The translations under genes were made by a program, and so were the position numbers. DNA of 27,266 nt from Candidatus Poribacteria bacterium (GTDB lineage Bacteria > Poribacteria > WGA-4E > UBA9662), in the NCBI GenBank assembly GCA_046582655.1, contig JAYGDX010000092.1, forward strand, positions 1 through 27,266. The letters run 5' to 3'. This document shows, piece after piece, positions 17,051 through 26,300 of the stretch. The first letter of the stretch is position 1. Each line of letters opens with the position of its first letter. The notes under the pieces are model-generated. The model saw nothing but the letters and a program-made list of their open reading frames with translations. It ran no database searches and was not told the origin of the DNA.

Positions 17051-18799
17051 ATGAAACACAATGTTTTTATCATTCTAAGGTGTGTTCTAATAAGTAATAT
17101 TCTCATTTCTATTACTAGCTACTCTAGGGACAATGTCTCTCGTCAGGATACGGTTATCTTTGATGCCAGTTGGACGGTTGCCAATCCGCTTAATTTCAAC
17201 TGTTTGGTACCTGGCACACGGCGTAGCCAAGGGATGCATCAGGCTGTATGGGAACCACTTTTTATTCTTAATTACGAAACGGGGCAAATTGAATCTTGGT
17301 TGGGTGAAAGTTTCGTGCCTAATCAGAATCTTGATACATGGACACTCACTATTCGCCGAGGGGTGCTATGGGCTGATGGTGAAACCTTTAATGCCGACGA
17401 CGTTGTGATGACGATTAATCTGCTTTTAAACGATGAGTCCCAATCTCTAAATGACGCGGCTAATATGCAACAATGGGTTGACAGCGTCCAAAAGATTGAT
17501 GATCTTACTGTTCAGTTTAACTTAAGAGAACCGAACCCACGGTTCCAACTGGATTATTTTTCAGTTCGTGTTGGGAGCAGTGTTGTTATCTTGCCGGAGC
17601 ATGTTTGGAAGGATAGAGACCCGTTCACTTTCGATTTCTATGATCCTGAAAAGGGATGGCCGCTAGGTACAGGACCATATCGGCTAGTTAATGCAAGTGA
17701 AAATGAGTTTGTGTATGATAAACGCGAAACTTGGTGGGGAGCTGAAGTCGGTTTTGAGGATATGCCTGTTCCAAAACGACTCATCTGGATTGTTACCGGA
17801 TCAGAAGAAAATAGATCTATGCTTGCAATCGATAGTCAACTCGACAGTTTAAGTGATATTACACTGGGGGCATTTGAAGCCATCCAAGCCATGAATCCGA
17901 ACATCATTTCTTGGCAGAGTCAGATGCCCTATATCTGGCTAGACCCATGTCCGCGACAGTTGTCTGTCAACCACCAGATCGAACCGTGGAGTCAACCGGA
18001 CATGCGACGTGCCTTGAGTTTGCTAATTGATCGCCAACAGGTGGTTGAAATCGCATATGAGGGAACCTCCATGTCGTCTAAGACCATATTCGTTCAGTAC
18101 AAGACTATGAAGCCGTATATCGAAGCCATTCAACATCTCTGGATTGACCCAGAGAGTAATGTGGCGGTTGGACAAGCTTTAATTGAGTCGCACGGCTGGG
18201 AGTTGAACACAGATGGATTTTACGATAAAGGCGGTAAAGAACTTTCGCTGGATATTCAAACATGGGAACCCGCCATAGAAAAACGCCGAATTGCAGAAGT
18301 TGTGGTGGAACAGTTGCGTACCGCGGGCATTAACGCGACAACTCGTGCCATTGCTGGTTCTACTTGGGATGAAAATAAAGCTTTTGGTAACTTTGAGGCT
18401 GTTTTAGACTGGGATGCTTGCGGTTCAGTCAATGAGCCGTGGTTTTCAATGAATCGTTACACCAAACAGTTCTATCGACCTATTGGAAAACGGACGCCTG
18501 GTAATAATAATTTTGTCCGTTGGAGCGGGAACCAAGCTGATAAATACAGCGAAATCGTCGAGAGAATTGGGATCCTACCGCTCAATGATTCAGCAATCGA
18601 ACCGTTAGTTGTCGAAGCAATGGAGATTTTTATGAATCAGCAAGTTGTCATTCCGATTACACAGGCTCGCAAACTTGTGCCGTTTGATACAACTTACTGG
18701 ACCGGATGGCCGACGGCAGAGAACAATTTCAATCATCCTGCAACTTGGTGGATGAGTACACACCAGATTATCCATAGACTGCGAAAATCCCACCACTAA
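17051..18799 (+). CDS. ABC transporter substrate-binding protein, family 5 (oligopeptide/oligosaccharide)
   Basis: EPLF, IRRGVLWADGETFNADDVVMT, GTGPY, RRALSLLIDR and YWTGWPTAEN motifs; N-terminal signal. Confidence 0.93.
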   Translation: MKHNVFIILRCVLISNILISITSYSRDNVSRQDTVIFDASWTVANPLNFNCLVPGTRRSQGMHQAVWEPLFILNYETGQIESWLGESFVPNQNLDTWTLTIRRGVLWADGETFNADDVVMTINLLLNDESQSLNDAANMQQWVDSVQKIDDLTVQFNLREPNPRFQLDYFSVRVGSSVVILPEHVWKDRDPFTFDFYDPEKGWPLGTGPYRLVNASENEFVYDKRETWWGAEVGFEDMPVPKRLIWIVTGSEENRSMLAIDSQLDSLSDITLGAFEAIQAMNPNIISWQSQMPYIWLDPCPRQLSVNHQIEPWSQPDMRRALSLLIDRQQVVEIAYEGTSMSSKTIFVQYKTMKPYIEAIQHLWIDPESNVAVGQALIESHGWELNTDGFYDKGGKELSLDIQTWEPAIEKRRIAEVVVEQLRTAGINATTRAIAGSTWDENKAFGNFEAVLDWDACGSVNEPWFSMNRYTKQFYRPIGKRTPGNNNFVRWSGNQADKYSEIVERIGILPLNDSAIEPLVVEAMEIFMNQQVVIPITQARKLVPFDTTYWTGWPTAENNFNHPATWWMSTHQIIHRLRKSHH

Positions 18800-18841
18800 A
18801 TTGGTTTTATTTTTCTAAAAAAGAAAATTGGAAACCAATTT
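18798..18841 (+). terminator. AT-rich inverted repeat immediately after the SBP gene (terminator or stability hairpin)
   Basis: aaattggttt (18798-18807) / aaaccaattt (18832-18841) perfect 10-bp arms, with inner ttttct/agaaaa pairing. Confidence 0.4.
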
Positions 18842-18905
18842 CACAATCTATCGTTTTTCCTACTTAAAGAGATCTTTTCCTCTATTGTTAGGATGATACT
18901 GACTT

Positions 18906-19709
18906 ATGTTTTTCAAGCCATACATTCCGAATCCCGAAAATGAAGTCGATCAAGCTGAGATATTAGAGGTCTACACACGCTGGATTCGAGATGAGAAGCT
19001 TTCAGCCGAGAACCATAGATACCTCCAAGTATTAGAAGAATCAAGTGACTGGGACGAATTAAAGGGCATTGTTGAATTCGCATACCACAAATACAAATTT
19101 GAAAAACACGAAATCTTTGCTCCCTCGGTTGACGTCAAGCGAAGAGTGAGACAGCAGTTAATGCATAGAATTAGTTCTCCTTCGTTTTTTGGATTTCTGA
19201 GACGTGGATTGGCATCTCCGGCGCAGGTTGGGGCAGAAACAGATCCCATATTCTCTCCAACTATTGGCCAAAAGACAGTTCCCAAGAAGGTCTTGACATT
19301 TATCGAACAGGAATTTTCCCGGCTTAAAAAGAAATTATTTATCTTCTTCTATTCGTTGATAACTGAAAACCTTTCAAAGGATCACGCCCTCAAAATTGCC
19401 CAAGCCCACCTAAATTCCAGCAGTCCTGAATGTATGGGTGTATGGTTCGTTGATTGCAATTGGGAAGTTAACAAGGATTCAGTTAAAGAACAGTTAATTT
19501 TACCTGACGAAGGAGCTCTACTCAGCCCATTTTTCACTAAAGAATTAACCGAAGAAGACTTTATTACATCTTCTAATCGCAACAAGAACTGCTGGTTTGT
19601 GCATGTTTCCCCAACTGGTGCTGATATACTAAGCGGGGTGAGCAGAGTGGTCGGTATCTGTAAATCTACTGGCAAAATCATCTTTGACCGAATTATCTCC
19701 GCCAGTTAA
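18906..19709 (+). CDS. Hypothetical protein
   Basis: 267-aa ORF with AGGA upstream; no family recognised. The C-terminal part (A..IA...L ... W.V ... V.I...TG.II) is loosely PepSY-like. Confidence 0.65.
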   Translation: MFFKPYIPNPENEVDQAEILEVYTRWIRDEKLSAENHRYLQVLEESSDWDELKGIVEFAYHKYKFEKHEIFAPSVDVKRRVRQQLMHRISSPSFFGFLRRGLASPAQVGAETDPIFSPTIGQKTVPKKVLTFIEQEFSRLKKKLFIFFYSLITENLSKDHALKIAQAHLNSSSPECMGVWFVDCNWEVNKDSVKEQLILPDEGALLSPFFTKELTEEDFITSSNRNKNCWFVHVSPTGADILSGVSRVVGICKSTGKIIFDRIISAS

Positions 19710-20499
19710 GCAAACGTTTTTTTAGGTGACGCCCCACGGCGATACATAGCATTACATCCCTAGAAGCTAAGAACCAAAAGCAACATAACTTACCCATATT
19801 GGTTTAAACTAGATTTCAGATAGGTGTGGGTGAGTTAGTTTTCTGCGTTTCGGGCTTTGACTGACTCACCTCTTTATCCTACCTAAATGCATTTTTATTG
19901 ACATGGAACTTGCCATATGAATACTGAAATGCTTCGGAATGTAAAAAACAACAAAAATCTTGAATTCAAAATACATGCATCCTATTATGGGTGTACGAAC
20001 TCAATCTGGAGAGCAGGTGTCCTATGGCACTCGCTTCTATACCCAGAAACTGCTTATCTTGAAGTAGAGCGCAGTTCAGTTCAACCGGATCTGTGCTAGA
20101 TAGCATGGGGATGGCTTAGATGAATCATAATCCCACTATGGCTGATGGGTCTTTCGTTCATTAGCAGACTAAACAACAACTGCACAACTATGATAAGCAC
20201 TTATATCCAACCTCTAATGAGGGTGGGTAAACAGATGGATCTGAAGGGTATTCTACATCAGGTCAACAGCAGGAGACCTAAGCTGGTTCAACAAATCGGT
20301 ACCCAACGGGTCCTTCATATGTTTCAGCAGGTTCTTGACTTTAGTCAGTAATTTATTTACTCTGCTGATCTGCAGCAGAGTCAGCTGTCACACAAACTAT
20401 ACATCAGCATGATCAGATGACAATCTTTCAGATGTTTATTTATTCAGGGCACTACGAATGGCTTCTTCTTAAACTTGATCTCAACTAGGATGAGTCACA

Positions 20500-23124
20500 T
20501 TGAATTGCTATAGCAGAATTGAGCCTTTCAGAGTCTTTTATTTTATACTGGCTCTTCCTCTTCTTCTGTCGGCTATTGCTGCAGCAGGTAATCAAGCGCC
20601 GTTTGTCAGCAATGTAGTGGTTAAGCAGATAGATATCGACCATATACTGATCCGTTATGACGTGGCTGACCCGGACGGCGACAGGCTGAAAATTAGTCTG
20701 CGTGTCTCTGACGATGGAGGCAAGACCTTTAATGTTCCGGCTACCAAGTTGGAAGGCGATGTGGGCCGAGACATCAGCAGTGGGATAGGCAATGAGATTG
20801 TCTGGACTATAGATGATGATATCCCCCTGCACAAATTGGGAGAAAACTATGTCATAGGCGTGGTAGCAGACGATCTGGCGGGTTTCTCAGACCGTATTAT
20901 TTGGGGCAAAGACGGAGCGGAGATGGCCTTGATCCCAGCTGGATTCTTTGAGATGGGTTCGGATAATGGAAGAGATAATGAGAAACCCGTGCATATGGTA
21001 GAACTGGAAGCTTTCTATATGGATGTCAATGAAGTGACAGTGGGCCAATTCAAGCGATTTGCAGAAGAAAGCGGATATGCTTATGATCGCTGGAACAGTG
21101 TAGCTAAATACTCACCGACGGATGAGCATCCAATGGTCGAGGTTACTTGGAATGATGCGACAGCTTATGCCCAATGGGCAGATAAGCGACTGCCGACGGA
21201 AGCCGAATGGGAGTACGTCGCCCGTGGAGAATTGAGCGGCAAGCGGTATCCGTGGGGTGATGATAAAAGTGTTGCCAGAGACCATGCCAATTACTTAGGC
21301 ACAGGAGGCAAGGATCAATGGGGAGGTCCGCCAAATGGGGGTACAGCCCCAGTAGGCAGTTTTGATTCCAATGGCTATGGCCTGTATGATATGACGGGAA
21401 ATGTCTGGGAATGGTGTGCTGATTGGTATGGTGAAAACTACTACACTTCCCCCCTGAAGAACCCGAAAGGACCGGATACTGGCCAATATCGGGTGTTGCG
21501 TGGGGGGGCTTGGAGCTTCAATACTTCCTACCTGCGTGCTGCTTACCGCACCTACAGCTCTCCGAGTGATAGGAGCTCCAGCACCGGATTTCGTTGTATG
21601 TCAGGAGCACCTTTATCACTAGCCGGCAACCAAAGGGTAATTGAATGGGAGAAAGACGAAGCCAAGATGGTCTTGATCCCAGCCGGATCCTTTGAGATGG
21701 GGGATCATTTGGATAATAGGCCTGATGCTTTACCCGTGCATACGGTAGAACTGGAAGCTTTCTATATGGATGTCAATGAAGTGACAGTGGGCCAATTCAA
21801 GCGATTTGCAGGAGAAAGCGGATATGCTTATAATCGCTGGAACAGTGTAGCTAAATACTCACCAACGGATGAGCATCCGATGATCTATGTCTCATGGGAT
21901 GATGCGACAGCTTATGCCCAATGGGCAAGTAAGCGACTGCCGACGGAAGCCGAATGGGAGTACGTCGCCCGTGGAGGATTGACAGGCAAGCGGTATCCGT
22001 GGGGTGATGATGAAAGTGTTGCCAGAAACCATGCCAATTACTCAGGCACAGGAGGCAAGGATCAGTGGGAAGGTTTTCCAAACGGTGGTACAGCCCCAGT
22101 AGGCAGTTTTGATTATAATGGATATGGTCTGTATGATATGGCGGGAAATGTCCGGGAATGGTGTGCTGACAGGTACGATGCAAACTACTATACTAACTCC
22201 CCCCTGAATAACCCGAAAGGGCCGACCACTGGCCAATCCCGAGTGTTGCGTGGAGGGACTTGGTTCTTCGATGCTGGCATCCTGCGTACTGCTTACCGCA
22301 CCTACAGCTCTCCAGGCGAGAGGAACTCCAGCACCGGATTTCGTTGTGTGTCAGGAGCATCTGTACCACTGGCTGGCAACCAGGGGGTAATTGAATGGGA
22401 GAAAGGCGGTTCTAAGATGGTCTTGATCCCGGCCGGATCCTTTGAGATGGGGGATCATTTGGATAATATGGGTAATGCGTTACCCGTGCATATAGTAGAA
22501 TTGGAAGCTTTCTACATGGATATTTATGAGGTTACAGTGGGCCAATTCAAGCGATTTGCAGAAGAGAGCGGATACGCTTATAACCGTTGGAACGATGTAG
22601 CTAAATACTCACCGACGGATGAGCATCCAATGGTTTATATTAGTTGGAATGATGCGACAGCCTATACCCAATGGGCAGGTAAGCGACTGCCGGCGGAAGC
22701 CGAATGGGAGTACGCCGCCCGTGGAGGATTGACGGGCAAGCGGTATCCGTGGGGTGATGATGAAAGTGTTGCCAGAAACCATGCCAATTACTCAGGCACA
22801 GGAGGCAAGGATCAGTGGGAAGGTCCGCCAAATGGGGGTACAGCCCCAGTAGGCAGTTTTGATTCCAATGGCTATGGCCTGTATGATATGGCGGGAAATG
22901 TCTGGGAATATTGTGCTGATTGGTATGGTGGAAACTACTACACTAACTCCCCCCTGAAGAACCCGAAAGGGCCAAAAGGGCCAGACACAGGCCAATTCTG
23001 GGTGTTGCGTGGGGGGGCTTGGAACAGCCTTACTAAGCACCTGCGTGCTGCTTACCGCCTCAACAACTATCCGACTACTAGGCGCTACGACAGCGGTTTT
23101 CGTTGTGTGTCAGGATTGAATTAA
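20500..23124 (+). CDS. Secreted protein: Ig-like N-domain + three tandem FGE-sulfatase/SUMF1 (C-type lectin fold) domains; putative DGR target
   Basis: Signal peptide; three copies of IPAG.FEMG...FYMD..EVT...RLP.EAEWEY.ARG...YPWG...NGYGLYDM.GNV.E...VLRGG.W...GFRC; the catalytic Cys pair of true FGE is absent. Confidence 0.93.
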   Translation: MNCYSRIEPFRVFYFILALPLLLSAIAAAGNQAPFVSNVVVKQIDIDHILIRYDVADPDGDRLKISLRVSDDGGKTFNVPATKLEGDVGRDISSGIGNEIVWTIDDDIPLHKLGENYVIGVVADDLAGFSDRIIWGKDGAEMALIPAGFFEMGSDNGRDNEKPVHMVELEAFYMDVNEVTVGQFKRFAEESGYAYDRWNSVAKYSPTDEHPMVEVTWNDATAYAQWADKRLPTEAEWEYVARGELSGKRYPWGDDKSVARDHANYLGTGGKDQWGGPPNGGTAPVGSFDSNGYGLYDMTGNVWEWCADWYGENYYTSPLKNPKGPDTGQYRVLRGGAWSFNTSYLRAAYRTYSSPSDRSSSTGFRCMSGAPLSLAGNQRVIEWEKDEAKMVLIPAGSFEMGDHLDNRPDALPVHTVELEAFYMDVNEVTVGQFKRFAGESGYAYNRWNSVAKYSPTDEHPMIYVSWDDATAYAQWASKRLPTEAEWEYVARGGLTGKRYPWGDDESVARNHANYSGTGGKDQWEGFPNGGTAPVGSFDYNGYGLYDMAGNVREWCADRYDANYYTNSPLNNPKGPTTGQSRVLRGGTWFFDAGILRTAYRTYSSPGERNSSTGFRCVSGASVPLAGNQGVIEWEKGGSKMVLIPAGSFEMGDHLDNMGNALPVHIVELEAFYMDIYEVTVGQFKRFAEESGYAYNRWNDVAKYSPTDEHPMVYISWNDATAYTQWAGKRLPAEAEWEYAARGGLTGKRYPWGDDESVARNHANYSGTGGKDQWEGPPNGGTAPVGSFDSNGYGLYDMAGNVWEYCADWYGGNYYTNSPLKNPKGPKGPDTGQFWVLRGGAWNSLTKHLRAAYRLNNYPTTRRYDSGFRCVSGLN
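21493..21606 (+). other. DGR-like variable region 1
   Basis: gtgttgcgt...tgg agc ttc aat act tcc tac ctg cgt gct gct tac cgc acc tac agc tct ccg agt gat agg agc tcc agc acc gga ttt cgt; differs from the other copies mainly at codon positions 1-2. Confidence 0.65.
22243..22356 (+). other. DGR-like variable region 2
   Basis: tgg ttc ttc gat gct ggc atc ctg cgt act gct tac cgc acc tac agc tct cca ggc gag agg aac tcc agc acc gga ttt cgt. Confidence 0.65.
23002..23115 (+). other. DGR-like variable region 3 (gene-terminal)
   Basis: tgg aac agc ctt act aag cac ctg cgt gct gct tac cgc ctc aac aac tat ccg act act agg cgc tac gac agc ggt ttt cgt; located at the 3' end of the gene and followed by a hairpin. 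Confidence 0.75.
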
Positions 23125-23338
23125 TTACCCCTGTTGGTTTCAGTCGATGAAGCCAGACAGCAACCTGTATCACCGGATCTATGCTTTGGGCAATTTGTGG
23201 CTGGCGACCAAAAAGGCGTAGAAAGGCAAGCGTTCTCAATCTGAGGCGGCACAATTCAACTTAGGTCTGGAATGGAACTCAATACCATCTTAGATCTGTA
23301 TTTCGTGATGAAGGCAAAGATACCTATGGGAGTTGAAA

Positions 23339-26300
23339 ATGAAGTCAAGGCCATATTATTGGATAGTTAGCATCTGGATCTTAACCCTGTTGGCTGCCAT
23401 GACCCAGATTTGGGCAGCCAGCCACACTGGTTACTCCGGCATGGTCACCATCAACCGGCGTGTCAAACCTGGGGTCACTAGCCTGGAACCCTCAGCCGGT
23501 TCGACTAAGGGGGGGACCACCGTCACCGTCAAAGGGGACAAGTTCTATGCCGGACTGACCACGGTCAAGCTAGCTGGTCTGGTGGTCAGTCCGGTCAGCG
23601 TTAAGTCGGAGACGGAACTCAGTTTCAAGACTCCGGCCGGCAGTGCCGGTTTGGTGGATTTGGAGGTTTTCAACCCTGGCGGCGTCTCCATCAAGCTGAG
23701 CCAGGCTTTCAAGTACGAAGCGCCGATAGTCAAAACAGTGGAAGTCAAAGCCGCTGCTGACACTCTAGTGGCTAACGGGGTTACCAGCACCCAGATTACG
23801 GTTAGACTACTGGATCAGAACGGGGAACTGGTAACCGATGAAACGGTCAATCTGCTGGCTGACCGGGGGACTATTCCGGCCCAGGCGATCAATAACAAGG
23901 ATGGCACCTACACCGCCACTTACAAGTCAAGCCAGACTTTCGGCCAGGCCAATATCACCGCTGTCACCACTACCGGCGGCAAGTTGGGCAAAGTTGAACT
24001 GACCCTGACCCAGCGCCAGGTATCAGCGGAGAAATCCACTGTCAGCCTGGATAGGAATTGGGCCATGATTGGCCAGCAAGGCGCTGTCCTGACCGTTAAG
24101 GTGGTGGACAAGCAGGGGCTGGTGATGAAAGGCCAGACAGTGACGGCCAAAGTGGAACCGGCCGACCAGGTAACGGTAAGCACGGCAAAAACCACCGACA
24201 AGCAGGGGGAAACTCAACTCAGGATCCAATCGGTCACGGCAGGAGAGCGGAAGGTTACCGTCCAGGTGGGAGAAGTGGTCTTAACTTCCACTGCCAGCGT
24301 TAAATTCACTTCCAACCAGGTGGCCAATGTGCTGATCAGTGCCGGCGGTGTGCGTAAGGTGGGGGAATTAATAACCGTCAGCCTGACTTTGCAGAACGCG
24401 TCGCAACTGCCGGTTAGCGGCCAGAAAGTGGAAGTGATAGTAGAACCGGAAGAAGGAGTGACGCTGACTCAGCCTACGCAGGACAGCGATGTGCAGGGCA
24501 AATTGGAAGCCAAACTGTTTTCCCAAACCGCCGGCTTGAAAATGCTGAAGGTCAAATCAGGCGACACCGTGCTGGAGAACAGCGCGGCCATCATCTTTCA
24601 AGCTGGAGCGGCGGAGAAGGTCAAGATAACGGCCGGCAAAACCTCGCTGATGCCGGGCACAACCACCATCCTGACCGTAACGGTGACTGACCAGTATGAC
24701 AATGCCTTAAAGGGGGAGACCGTCAAGCTGGCATCCACTTTGGGGCAGGTGGGCACAATTACCGATAACGAGAATGGCACCTATGGAGCCATCTTCACCG
24801 CTCCGGATCAGACGGGTCAGGTGATTGTCACCGCCACGGCGGCGGCAAAAAATGCCAACCTGGGTTTGATCGTCACCGACAAACCGGCCCTGACCCTCAG
24901 TCCACAAACGGCGGAAGTGGAGAAAGACGGCAGCCTCCAGTTTGAAGCCTCCCAGCCGGTACTGTGGACGGTCAAGGGAGAGATCGGCACCATTGACAAC
25001 AAGGGTCTGTTTACGGCCAGCCAGTTGGGCACCGGCAGTATTACGGCCTTTCTGCTGTCAGATCCGGCGGTGAAGCTGAGTACTGGGACCATCACGGTAG
25101 TGGAAGCCAAGCTGCCGCGGACGGCACTGGTATTTGATTTGCCCAACCAGGCGGAATTCGAGGCTGAACTGGATGTCAAAGGGCAATTGATTGTGGTCAA
25201 CCAGCCGGACCAGCCGGCGGGCGATCAAGCCATCGTGGTGACTTTTACCTCACCTGCGGGCAAGGAGTTGAAATTTGCTCCCCGCACGGATAAGGAAGGG
25301 CGGTATGTCCTGGATACGGTGGTGCGTTTTAACCAGGTGGGTATTTGGAAGCTGGGACTGAGTTTTGCCGGTTCCACCCAGTTTGCCGCCAGCCAGCGTC
25401 AGCATGCCATCAGCGTGTCCAAAGCCGCTTCTGATATTACCTTCCTGAGTGCGGAAAGTGCCGAGTTGGGACAGGACTACCTGCTGGTGGGTGTGCTGAA
25501 ACCGGCCATACCAGCAGTAGAATTGAGCCTGCAGGTTCTGGCCCCCGATTCCCAATTAATAGAGAAGACCTTGCAGGCAGATGCCGGAGGTGGGTTCAAA
25601 AGCAGCTTCAAGCTGAATTTGGATGGCCATTGGTCGGCCACCCTGAGTTTTGCCGGCAGTTCGACCTATCAGCCGGTGACGCGAACCTTTCAATTGAATG
25701 TGGTCCAGCGTTTCGGCAAGGTGATCGTGGCTTTGGGCGGGATAGGCCCGTCGGAAGTGCATGCCTGGCCCAAGTTCAACACGGTGGCGGAATCGGTCTA
25801 TCGATCCTTTGTTAAGCGTAATTTCCAGGCGGAAAAAGACATCTACTTCCTGTCACCCGATCCCAATCAGACCAAGGGGGCGCAAGCGCAAACCACGTTG
25901 AAGACGCTGGAATATGCCATTACCAGCTGGGCGGCCAAAGAGGTCAACAGCAACGTGCCACTCTACATTTACCTATTGTCGCACAATGTTGGCAACAAGT
26001 TCCTGGTGGAACGGCGTGGCTTGCAGGACGACTACCTGACGCCGGAACAGTTGGACCTGTGGCTGGATAAGCTGCCGTCTGAAACGCCGGTCACCTTGAT
26101 TATAGAAGCCTGTTACAGCGGCAACTTCATCAATTCCCGCCTCTCGGCACCCAATCGAACCATCATCACCAGCGCCAGCCGGGATAAGCAGGCCCATATC
26201 ATGCGGACCTCTTCGTTTTCCACTTACTTCTTTGACCGTATCCGCGCCAACCAGACCATTAGGGCCGCCTTCAGCCAGACAGAGGAGCGGATGAAAAAGA

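Larger units (their letters stand above)
20899..23115 (+). repeat. Three ~750-nt near-identical intragenic tandem repeats
   Basis: Copies start near 20899, 21640 and 22390 and share long identical nucleotide stretches (e.g. acagtgggccaattcaagcgatttgca; aagcggtatccgtggggtgatgat). Confidence 0.95.

Noticed and set aside
20165..20200. aacaacaac run as a possible DGR template repeat
   Set aside because: Lacks the invariant VR scaffold (GTGTTGCGTGG...CTGCGT...TTTCGTTGT). No TR and no reverse transcriptase ORF was found anywhere in the window.
19917..20351. Small ORFs 19917-20099 and 20145-20351
   Set aside because: 60-68 aa with no recognisable motif or convincing RBS; could be decayed remnants but cannot be supported.
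22963..22983. 9-nt tandem duplication (PKGPKGP) in repeat 3
   Set aside because: In-frame slippage in a loop; no sign of a phase-variation tract.
20500..23124. Formylglycine-generating enzyme serving the sulfatase at the left edge
   Set aside because: The catalytic Cys pair after RGG.(W/F) is absent and replaced by the variable segment; the protein is secreted and triplicated.
23243..23269. EAAQFNLGL, resembling a Sel1-repeat fragment
   Set aside because: Only ~9 codons inside a 23-codon stop-to-stop frame with no start; chance similarity cannot be excluded.
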